This document shows positions 8,799-16,744 of a stretch of DNA of 64,000 bases, piece by piece. Source of the DNA: a bacterium BMS3Abin14 (lineage in GTDB: Bacteria; BMS3Abin14); assembly GCA_002897695.1 (NCBI GenBank), contig BDTG01000046.1, forward strand, positions 35,411 to 99,410, in the 5' to 3' direction. Within the stretch, counting starts at the first letter, position 1, and each line of letters starts with the position of its first letter. The position numbers and the translations under genes are program-made. Under the pieces are notes generated by a model that saw nothing but the letters and a program-made list of their open reading frames with translations, was not told the DNA's origin and did not search any database.

Positions 8799-10058
8799 AT
8801 GAGCCATAAACTTGGGAAATATGTGGTCCTTGATGAGATTGGCCGGGGGGGTATGGCGACAGTATACCGCGCCAGGCAGGAATCTCTTGACCGGATCGTG
8901 GCCATCAAAGAGCTTAACCTTTCCAGCACAACTTCCGACATCAAGGCAAAAGAGAGGTTCCAGATGGAGGCCCGGGCAGCGGCATCACTCGACCATCCCA
9001 ATATCATTACCATCCACGACTTCTGGGAAAAGGGCAGCAAGGCATATATCGCCATGGAATACGTCGAGGGCCTGGAACTGAAGGAGGCCCTTGACCATCA
9101 CGGCGCTCTGGATTCTGTCCTCGCCGCCCAGGTCTGCATCCAGGTTTGTGCTGCACTAAGTTACGCACACGAACGGGGAATGATCCACAGGGATGTCAAG
9201 CCGGGCAACATCATGCTGTCGGCCCGTGGTGATGTCAAGCTGGCCGACTTCGGCATTGTCTTCATTGCGGGAACCGCTGATCTGACAACGACCGGACAGA
9301 TCATCGGCACCCCGTCCTATATGTCTCCCGAACAGATCAGGGGGGAGGACCCCGGTCCGGTGTCGGACATCTTCAGCCTCGGCATTGTCCTTTACGAATG
9401 CGTTACCGGCGCCAAGCCGTTCAGCGGCCCCAACGATGTAGCCCTGACCCACGCCATCATTCGGAAACGGCCGGTCAGACCCCGGCGCCTGAACTCCCGT
9501 ATTTCCAGAAGGCTGTCAGGCATTATCATGAAGTGCCTGCGAAAAAAATCCCGCCGGCGTTTTGCCACCATGGATGAACTGGCAGCCGCCCTTCAGCGCA
9601 CCCTTCCGAGGAGGGCTCCCGATGCCGCCAGGGCTCTGGCCAGGCTTGTCACCGGGATACAGCGTGAGGGAGAGGCCGGCGCCACCGTCCCAATGTCGCC
9701 ATCGAAGGCCATGCTCTCCGGGAGGAGTATCTTCATACCCGCAGTGGTCACGATCGTGCTGGCCGCTGTGTTTCTCCTGGCAGTTCTGTCCGGCTCCCTC
9801 AGGGAAGCAACGCATTTCGACAGCGGTGGAGCTTTGGGAACCGTTCCCCTCATGATTGTCGCCTATCCATGGGCAGAGGTCACCGTGGACGGCAGCACGC
9901 TCGGCTATACTCCATCGGCCAGACCCTTTCAGGTTTCCCCGGGACGCCACACCCTGGTCCTGACAAACACCAGGTTCGGTTCCCGAACCTTCAAACTCGA
10001 CATTACCCGGGAAAAGCCCATAAGCATCAGGGTTGATTTTCTGCAGGAGAAAAAATGA
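8799..10058 (+). CDS. Hanks-type Ser/Thr protein kinase with a TM helix and C-terminal PEGA-like domain
   Basis: GRGGMATV, VAIKE, HRDVKPGN, DFG and GTPSYMSPEQ all intact. TM helix, then YPWAEVTVDG..LGYTP...PGRHTL. Confidence 0.93.
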   Translation: MSHKLGKYVVLDEIGRGGMATVYRARQESLDRIVAIKELNLSSTTSDIKAKERFQMEARAAASLDHPNIITIHDFWEKGSKAYIAMEYVEGLELKEALDHHGALDSVLAAQVCIQVCAALSYAHERGMIHRDVKPGNIMLSARGDVKLADFGIVFIAGTADLTTTGQIIGTPSYMSPEQIRGEDPGPVSDIFSLGIVLYECVTGAKPFSGPNDVALTHAIIRKRPVRPRRLNSRISRRLSGIIMKCLRKKSRRRFATMDELAAALQRTLPRRAPDAARALARLVTGIQREGEAGATVPMSPSKAMLSGRSIFIPAVVTIVLAAVFLLAVLSGSLREATHFDSGGALGTVPLMIVAYPWAEVTVDGSTLGYTPSARPFQVSPGRHTLVLTNTRFGSRTFKLDITREKPISIRVDFLQEKK

Positions 10059-10954
10059 CTTCCGCGGAACAGGTCGTCAGATCGGTGACATTTACCCTTG
10101 TTGCAATGTTTATCCTCTCCGTATTTCCCCCGAGCCCGCATGCCGCGTCGATCCGGCATACTGTTGCGAAGGGGGAATCGCTGGCCGGGATAGCACTGCA
10201 ATTTTACGGGGACAGGTCACATTTTAGGGAGATCGCTCTGTATAACGGGATCGAAAATCCCGCCTTGGTTCGGCCGTCCATGAAGATCCGGCTGCCTTTT
10301 TCAGAAATGGTCACCATGCAGCGTGGGGAAAGCATAAGCGTGCTGGCTAAAAAGGCATGGGGAAATCCCAAACTTTTCCCCATCCTCGCAGTGGCCAACG
10401 GAATTCGCAACCCACAATCGGTTTCGGCCGGGACCAGGCTGAGAATTCCTGTTATGGTCCCGTACAAACTGGGCAGAGGGGAGAGCCTCTCCACGGTAGC
10501 GAAGAACTTTTACGGCAACCCCAAAGCGTACACCAGTATCGCGCTGGCAAGCGGCATTGCCCGACCCGACCGGGTTCCAGTCGGTACGGCCCTGAGAATA
10601 CCGTTGATCCTGATACGTTCTTCGGGCCGAAGGAACGCTGGAATCGCAGTTGCCCATCCCGGTTCCAAGATCGCGAAAGTTGCAGCCTCAGGGCCGAAAG
10701 AGGCCCAGAGGGCCTTCAGGAGAGGAGAGTTTGAAAAAGCCAGGGACCTGATGGAGAGCGGCCTTCCCATGCTCAGGGGAAAAGATCGGGCAAAAACCCT
10801 TCGCCTGCTGGCCTCATGTTATTATGCGTTCGGGGAAAGGAAAAAGGCCATAATGGCGCTAAGGGAATCGTATGTCCTCGATCCAGGATTCGTCCCGGAC
10901 CCGGCCATGGTAAACCCGGAGATGATGGCCCTTTACGGCAAGGCCAGGAAATAA
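10055..10954 (+). CDS. Secreted protein with three LysM repeats and a C-terminal TPR-like domain
   Basis: Signal-peptide-like N-terminus. Three repeats of the form (V/K)xxGESL...(Y/W)G...IAxxxGI..P.......LRIP. TPR-like helices LLASCYYAFGERKKA. ATGA overlap with the kinase. Confidence 0.85.
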   Translation: MTSAEQVVRSVTFTLVAMFILSVFPPSPHAASIRHTVAKGESLAGIALQFYGDRSHFREIALYNGIENPALVRPSMKIRLPFSEMVTMQRGESISVLAKKAWGNPKLFPILAVANGIRNPQSVSAGTRLRIPVMVPYKLGRGESLSTVAKNFYGNPKAYTSIALASGIARPDRVPVGTALRIPLILIRSSGRRNAGIAVAHPGSKIAKVAASGPKEAQRAFRRGEFEKARDLMESGLPMLRGKDRAKTLRLLASCYYAFGERKKAIMALRESYVLDPGFVPDPAMVNPEMMALYGKARK

Positions 10955-10994
10955 AAACGGGTCATTTCTCACGCCCGCGAGAAACATGATTAAT

Positions 10995-11426
10995 TTACCT
11001 GTCGTCGGCTCGGCGTGTGTTGTATACCGCCCTGCCTTCCGCAACGATCGTGCTCCTGTCGCCGGCGGGATACACAATGGAATGGACGACGCTGACACGG
11101 TTGCCCATGCGGACCACATTGGACTCAACACAGATATCGCAGTTCGGGCCGGGCCTGAGAAAATCGGTTCTCATGTCAACAGTGGCGATGAGATCCCGAA
11201 GCTCGAACCGGGACCACACCGCAAGGCCGCCGCACGCGTCGATCACGGCGGAGAGGACCCCGCCGTGCAAAGCGGGCCTCCTGGCGTCACCAACCAGCTC
11301 ATCCCTGAAGGGAACCGTTACCCTGGCAAACCCCTCCCTGCACTCTTCCACTTTAATGCCCAGCAGCTTGTTGAACGGGATATCTTCCTCCATGAAACGC
11401 ACAAGCTCACCGCAGTCCTTCGCCAT
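10995..11426 (-). CDS. PaaI-family hotdog-fold thioesterase
   Basis: IPFNKLLG, LHGGVLSAVID, ATVDMRTDFLRP. Confidence 0.9.
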   Translation of the reverse strand: MAKDCGELVRFMEEDIPFNKLLGIKVEECREGFARVTVPFRDELVGDARRPALHGGVLSAVIDACGGLAVWSRFELRDLIATVDMRTDFLRPGPNCDICVESNVVRMGNRVSVVHSIVYPAGDRSTIVAEGRAVYNTRRADDR

Positions 11427-11438
11427 CAGGATCTCCTC

Positions 11439-11783
11439 TTACCCCCGGATCATTACCAGCAGCATCTTGAAGCGTTCAGGCGCATTGACCGCGTGTGGTA
11501 TGTCGGCGGGCATGAGGACCGTCTGGCCGGCGGATGTCAACACCGGTTCTCCTCCGATAACCACCTCCGCCGTCCCGTCAAGAACCTGCACGATGGCGTC
11601 AAACGGCGCCGAGTGCTCACTTAATCCCTGCCCCTTATCGAAAGCAAAGAGGGTCACCGTTCCCACTTTGCTCTGGACGAGGGCTCTGCTCACGATGGAA
11701 CCATCTGAATATTCCACCATCTTTTCAAGATCGACTGCCTTCGAGGGAGGAAGCCCCCCTGAAATACCTTTGATCTGCGCCAT
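11439..11783 (-). CDS. Cupin-domain protein
   Basis: FAFDKGQGLSEHSAPFDA and MPADIPHAV cupin motifs. Confidence 0.88.
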   Translation of the reverse strand: MAQIKGISGGLPPSKAVDLEKMVEYSDGSIVSRALVQSKVGTVTLFAFDKGQGLSEHSAPFDAIVQVLDGTAEVVIGGEPVLTSAGQTVLMPADIPHAVNAPERFKMLLVMIRG

Positions 11784-11862
11784 GTTTTTCTCCCTGTGAA
11801 GTTGCTTCAGTTACTTTGGACGGATTGAATAAATTCATATTGATAGAGTCGTGAAAAGCATC

Positions 11863-12981
11863 TTATATCTTATCACGGCGAGAGGCATTGACCCCTGTCA
11901 ATAAATCCTCATACTTCCCGGCCATTGTCCGCCATGAGAGCCATTCGAGGGAAGGGGGAGCAATTTCCCTGACAGCCAGTGGGTCCAAGCACATCATATG
12001 AAGCCGGCGGGCCAGTTCGTCTATTTCCTTCTCTACGTTGTCCGGCATGGATGGATATCGGAACAATTCCGGGAAGAACTCCGCGTAGGCAAGCCGTTCC
12101 GGGACCATGGGTATACACCCCGCGGCCACGGCCTCAAGTACAGCTAATCCCTGGAAATCGTGGAGGGCGGTGGAAACTACCACATCGCTTGTCTGGAGAA
12201 TCCTGCGATAATCGTCACCGTCCTTCGCAAAGCCCCATGTGGCAATATGGTCCCCCAGCCGATCTCGCGCCTCATCGAATATGGGTGGACAGTCCCTGAA
12301 TCTTTGCCCCACCACGTGCACCCTGAACGGCGCCTCCAGGTCCGCGAGCCTGAAAAGGACCGCGAAGAACCGTTCCGGCGCCTTATCATGTTCCCACCGG
12401 TGATTCCACACCAGCGTCAGTGGGACCGAACGGGCCGGCTGCCGGTGCTCCACAAAACAATGACCTGGAAGGGGGACCGGGAGAATTGCAGAACGGGATG
12501 CTAAATCCTCGACAATACCGGGAGGCACGCAGTCCGGGAATCCCTTGAGAAGCCTCACCGCTCCCTCAATCATGGTGTCATGGTTGAAGGCAGAATTAAA
12601 GACCACCCGGTCAGCCGCAAGCGCTGTAAAAAGATTGGTGAGCTTGTAGTTCTGCCCTTCTTTTCTCGCCAGGCGTTCCGGATAGGCAAACTGGTTCTCG
12701 TGAAAATAGGCCACCGTGGGGATGCCCGCCAGCTCCGGCACGAGTCCCCGCAATTCAGCCAGATTCGTCATGGAGGTGGCGATAATTCTATCGTACCCTG
12801 CCAAGAGGATTTCCCGTGATCCGTACGCCCATGAGAGTGCGTTCCCGCGGCTGCGCCAGGCAAACATCCTGGGAGGAAGGGTCAGAACCGTCCACTCATG
12901 AGCGGAAAGGTGACGGACCAGCCCTTCCCGCCACATCCTGTGGCTGGAAGCATCGTACGCCGACAGAAGGAGAATTTTCAA
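11863..12981 (-). CDS. DUF3524 / GT-B glycosyltransferase (GTDC1/QTMAN-like family)
   Basis: N-terminal SHRMW..GL...LPPRMFAWRSRG, YFHENQFAYP, WNHRWEHDK, and GT4-like HDFQGLAVLEA. TTG start. Confidence 0.8.
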   Translation of the reverse strand: MKILLLSAYDASSHRMWREGLVRHLSAHEWTVLTLPPRMFAWRSRGNALSWAYGSREILLAGYDRIIATSMTNLAELRGLVPELAGIPTVAYFHENQFAYPERLARKEGQNYKLTNLFTALAADRVVFNSAFNHDTMIEGAVRLLKGFPDCVPPGIVEDLASRSAILPVPLPGHCFVEHRQPARSVPLTLVWNHRWEHDKAPERFFAVLFRLADLEAPFRVHVVGQRFRDCPPIFDEARDRLGDHIATWGFAKDGDDYRRILQTSDVVVSTALHDFQGLAVLEAVAAGCIPMVPERLAYAEFFPELFRYPSMPDNVEKEIDELARRLHMMCLDPLAVREIAPPSLEWLSWRTMAGKYEDLLTGVNASRRDKI

Positions 12982-13005
12982 GTTGAACCCGGCAGGAAGG
13001 ACCGT

Positions 13006-14292
13006 TCAGTCGTCGAAATCCCCACCCTGACCCCTGTCGGTGTTGATCTCGCCGGCCATCTTGATAATCTGTTTTTCCGTCCACTGTTCCGGGTCCTCGA
13101 TCCTCCCCACTTTGGGACCCAGGTCGAAGGAGCCGGCCTGAAGGATAGACCGGATGGCCAGAGGAGCTGTGTCCACGGCGTTAAAAACATCCTTAAGCAG
13201 ATGGTATACGAAGTCCTCAACGGCCTGAACACTCCTCTCCCTTATTTCCGCAGGCTGGCTGAGAAGGTGGTTTTCGAAAGGACGGTTCAGCTTCTTGTAG
13301 TTGACGCCCCTGATCCCGTTCTCCTTTGCGTATGCCACCATCTTCGCCCACAGTTCGTCGGAGACCCCATCACCCGACACCTTTGCAAACTCACCATCGT
13401 CGTCTAAAAACGCGTTTCCGTAATCGTTGACCCGAACTCCCCAGCTCACCATCTGCAAAGCGGTGGCAACATTGGCTTTGGTGGTGAAGGTCTCCCCGAC
13501 GATTTTTCGAAGCCTGTCACTGCTGTTCCCGGATGTGCCGTGCTGGGCGCCGGAAACCATGTAAGGCTTCAGGGCGGCGTGGATTCGTGTGGTGAGACCC
13601 ACCTGGATGCCGGCGTCGCTCTGTTCGATCCCGTGGGTCGTGCCGTTGTTCAGGGCGATCCAGTCCGGAAATATGCCGTGAGCGTTAAGCCCCCTGATCA
13701 GAAAAAGGGCCTCGGCCTCGGTGGACAGCCCTTCTTTGCCCTTGATCTCACCTACCTCCGTTTCCAGGCCGGCCCACCCGGGGACATAGCCCGCAAGTTC
13801 GATACCGGCCAGCAGGTTCCTGTCGTCTTGGAGGTGCGAAGCATCGATGGCAATGGAAGTGATCCCAGCGCCAAACAGGGTGGGGATCTCCACACGGGCC
13901 GCCGCGACATCGACATCGTTCTTGATGCCATAATGGTCAGCATGGATGGCAACCGGAACGGTGATGCCCATCTCGTTGGCCAGGGAATCGGCCACCCGGG
14001 CCAGGTTCCAGAAGCTGACATCACAGTAGGCGCTGACGCCGCCCTCGGACTTGGCAATCTCCAGAATGATGGCGGCGTTGGCTCTCTGGGCTGCACGCAG
14101 AACTCCCCTGATGACGAACTGGTTCCTGCCGTTGGCTGCGATTGTCATTGCCCGGCCCTTGGCTATCATGGCCCGATCAATGGCTTTTCCGCTCACGAGG
14201 AGAGCTCTGGAATTTGGAAACAGCTTGACTATATTTGGTGGACGCCCTATCTCCAGCGCTCTATTGAAATCCTTCGTGGATACGGCTGACAT
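13006..14292 (-). CDS. fba: Class II fructose-bisphosphate aldolase
   Basis: IHADH, IDASH, EVGEI, NNGTTHG, QHGTSG motifs. ATG 14292 with GGAGG RBS. Confidence 0.85.
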   Translation of the reverse strand: MSAVSTKDFNRALEIGRPPNIVKLFPNSRALLVSGKAIDRAMIAKGRAMTIAANGRNQFVIRGVLRAAQRANAAIILEIAKSEGGVSAYCDVSFWNLARVADSLANEMGITVPVAIHADHYGIKNDVDVAAARVEIPTLFGAGITSIAIDASHLQDDRNLLAGIELAGYVPGWAGLETEVGEIKGKEGLSTEAEALFLIRGLNAHGIFPDWIALNNGTTHGIEQSDAGIQVGLTTRIHAALKPYMVSGAQHGTSGNSSDRLRKIVGETFTTKANVATALQMVSWGVRVNDYGNAFLDDDGEFAKVSGDGVSDELWAKMVAYAKENGIRGVNYKKLNRPFENHLLSQPAEIRERSVQAVEDFVYHLLKDVFNAVDTAPLAIRSILQAGSFDLGPKVGRIEDPEQWTEKQIIKMAGEINTDRGQGGDFDD

Positions 14293-14423
14293 TTTTGACT
14301 TCCTCCCGTAACAAACGGCTCCAGCCACTCGAACCGGTTTCGAGATGGCTGCCCCTCTCCCTGCACTTAGATTACACGCTCACATGGGAGAAAATCAAGT
14401 CCGTCAATCTTGATATGTTAATT

Positions 14424-14449
14424 TTGACAGGGTCGTAAAAAGTCATCAA
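14424..14449. repeat. 26-bp TTGA...TCAA element overlapping the rlmKL stop codon
   Basis: TTGACAGGGTCGTAAAAAGTCATCAA; 18/26 identical to 48245-48270. Confidence 0.4.
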
Positions 14450-16605
14450 CTTTTCCTCGTGATCCTCCAGCAGTTGTGTACCCCCGGGTTTCTGGCGAAG
14501 TCCCTGGGAATTGTTCGGGCGGTGATGTCCTCAACATTGAGGTCGGCAAGGGAGTCGGAGCCCATCTCAAATCCCCGACGATTATTGGAGAAAATGAGTG
14601 TGCCGTCCCCGTACAGGAGTTTAGCGGTCTCCGTTATCAGCGTTATGTGGTCCCTTTGAACATCGAAGGTGCCTTCCATCCCCCTGGATGCCGAAAAGGT
14701 GGGGGGGTCCAGGAAGATCAGGTGATAGCGGGCCTTCGTATTCCTGACCCATTTGATGCAGTCGGCCTTGATGAAACGGTGGTCCTTCCCCTTCAGGCCG
14801 TTCAATGCCATGTTTTTTCGAGCCCAATCGGTATAGGTGTTGGACATGTCCACGGAGGTGGTGGAGGAAGCGCCGCCCGCAGCTGCGTAGACAGAGGCTG
14901 CGCCAGTGTATGCGAAAAGGTTCAAAAATGTTTTTCCCCGGGCCATTTCCCGGATCATCGCCCGCGTTAGCCGATGGTCCAGAAAAAGACCGGTGTCGAG
15001 GTAGTCCTCCAGGTTGACGAGGAACTTCAGCCCTCCCTCGACCATCTCGTGAAAACGCCCCGATTCACGCAGTTTTTCATACTGGCTCCGGCCCCTCTGA
15101 CGCTCCCTGACTTTCAGAAAAATCTTTTCCGCGGGGGTCTTCAACACTTCCGGGATGATGGACATCACCTGCTGTAGCCGGGCTTTGGCATCCTCCGCGT
15201 CTACCGTGACCGGCGCACGGTACTCCTGAACATGAACCAGGTCTCCGTAAAGATCCACCGCGACATTGTACTCCGGGACATCCGCCCCGTAGATTCGGTA
15301 ACAGGAGATCCCTTCCTTCTTTGCCCACTTGCCGATGGTACGGATGTTTTTGCGAAGGCGGTTGGCAAACATCTCCCCGCCGGTCTCCCGAAAGGCGGTG
15401 GGATTCGGAATTTTGGGCCACCCCCCCGCCGTCAGTGTTTCCTGGAAAAAACGGTCTTTTTCGACATTAAAGTGGATGAGCTTGCACCTGATAGCGCCAT
15501 TATACAGGGTGTGAGTCCTGGTGGCCCGCATTCCCATCATCTTTCCGAGGTCGGGGTTTCCCGTAAAAACAGAGGCGTTCCAGCCCTCAAAATTTTTCCT
15601 GAGCGTATCCCCCAGCATTTCGTAAAGCCCCTTTAATCTGTCAAGCTCGCCCTGCCGGACCCCGTAGGGCGGGTTGACCGCCACGAGGCCACGAATTCCC
15701 TCCTCCGGGGAACGAAGAGCACCTATATCCCTGCGCTGGAAGGTTATTTTTCCCTCCAGTCCCGCCCGATTCACATTTTCGCGGGCAGATTTCAGGATTT
15801 TGCCGTCCGAATCATATCCATTTATAATCGGCAAACGGGTGAGCCCATCCTGTTTCCGGTATCGGGCCTCCACCTGCAAATGTGTCCAGACCCTTGGGTC
15901 GAACCCCTTCCAGCCCGTAAACCCGAAATAGGTTCGTAAAAGCCCCGGGGCAATATCCGCGGCCATGAGGGCCGCCTCGATGGGCAGGGTTCCCGCACCG
16001 CACATCGGGTCGATAAACGACCGGCCCTCGGCTGCCATCTGCGGCCAACCGGCTCTGGCGAGAATGGCGGCGGCAAGGTTCTCCTTCAGGGGGGCAGTCC
16101 CCTTATTGCGGCGATATCCGCGTTTGTGGAGACTCTCACCGGAAAGGTCGAGGCTGATGGTCGCCTCGTTTCGGTGGATGTGGGCGTTTATGCGCAGATC
16201 GGGATTATTGACCTGTACGGATGGGCGCCGGCCAAACTGGTCCCGAAAGCGGTCAACTACCGCGTCCTTGATCTTCAGTGCGGCGTACCGGGAGTGTGAT
16301 ATTTCCGAGCCGGAGACGGTCGCGTCTACGGCCAGGGTGCTGTCCGGGGAAAGGTGGTCCTCCCAGGGGATGGACCGGGCGCCATCATAAAGATCCTCGG
16401 GGGTCGCAGCATGAAAGACCGCCAGGGGCATCAGAACACGATTGGCAAACCTCGACCAGAGGCAGACCCGGAGGGCCGTTTCCACAGCGCCATCGAAGGA
16501 CACCCCGGAACGGGTCTCCTTCACGTTTGAAGCTTCCATGCCGCGCAGTTCGTCGGCGAGAAGCGATTCGATCCCGAGGGGGCATGTGACGAAAAATGAA
16601 TGCAT
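14446..16605 (-). CDS. rlmKL: Bifunctional 23S rRNA m2G2445/m7G2069 methyltransferase RlmKL
   Basis: THUMP domain, DPMCGAGT, NPPYG, second MTase (YLDTGLFLDHR, LNLFAYTG, DPPTFS). 719 aa. Confidence 0.95.
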   Translation of the reverse strand: MHSFFVTCPLGIESLLADELRGMEASNVKETRSGVSFDGAVETALRVCLWSRFANRVLMPLAVFHAATPEDLYDGARSIPWEDHLSPDSTLAVDATVSGSEISHSRYAALKIKDAVVDRFRDQFGRRPSVQVNNPDLRINAHIHRNEATISLDLSGESLHKRGYRRNKGTAPLKENLAAAILARAGWPQMAAEGRSFIDPMCGAGTLPIEAALMAADIAPGLLRTYFGFTGWKGFDPRVWTHLQVEARYRKQDGLTRLPIINGYDSDGKILKSARENVNRAGLEGKITFQRRDIGALRSPEEGIRGLVAVNPPYGVRQGELDRLKGLYEMLGDTLRKNFEGWNASVFTGNPDLGKMMGMRATRTHTLYNGAIRCKLIHFNVEKDRFFQETLTAGGWPKIPNPTAFRETGGEMFANRLRKNIRTIGKWAKKEGISCYRIYGADVPEYNVAVDLYGDLVHVQEYRAPVTVDAEDAKARLQQVMSIIPEVLKTPAEKIFLKVRERQRGRSQYEKLRESGRFHEMVEGGLKFLVNLEDYLDTGLFLDHRLTRAMIREMARGKTFLNLFAYTGAASVYAAAGGASSTTSVDMSNTYTDWARKNMALNGLKGKDHRFIKADCIKWVRNTKARYHLIFLDPPTFSASRGMEGTFDVQRDHITLITETAKLLYGDGTLIFSNNRRGFEMGSDSLADLNVEDITARTIPRDFARNPGVHNCWRITRKS

Positions 16606-16655
16606 AGGGTACTGTTACCGGGCAGGAATCAACGCAAAGCAATACCGGCATGCAC

Positions 16656-16731
16656 GATTGCTTCACACGGGTTAAGTTCGCAATGACTGTTTCTGCCACT
16701 GCGAGGCCGAGCCCCGAACCGCGGCAGCCTC
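16656..16731. repeat. Degenerate inverted pair of GTCATTGCGA-type REP arms
   Basis: GATTGCTTC...TCGCAATGAC, a 7-bp centre, then GCCACTGCGAGG...GCGGCAGCCTC; the inner arms match 8/10. Confidence 0.5.
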
Positions 16732-16744
16732 AGGAGGCCTATAG

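Noticed and set aside
5733-10954. T6SS/T7SS accessory locus, Ter-associated vWA-PP2C-kinase triad, or vWA-MoxR conflict system
   Set aside because: No Tss/Hcp/VgrG, FtsK-type ATPase, PP2C, Ter or MoxR gene in the window.
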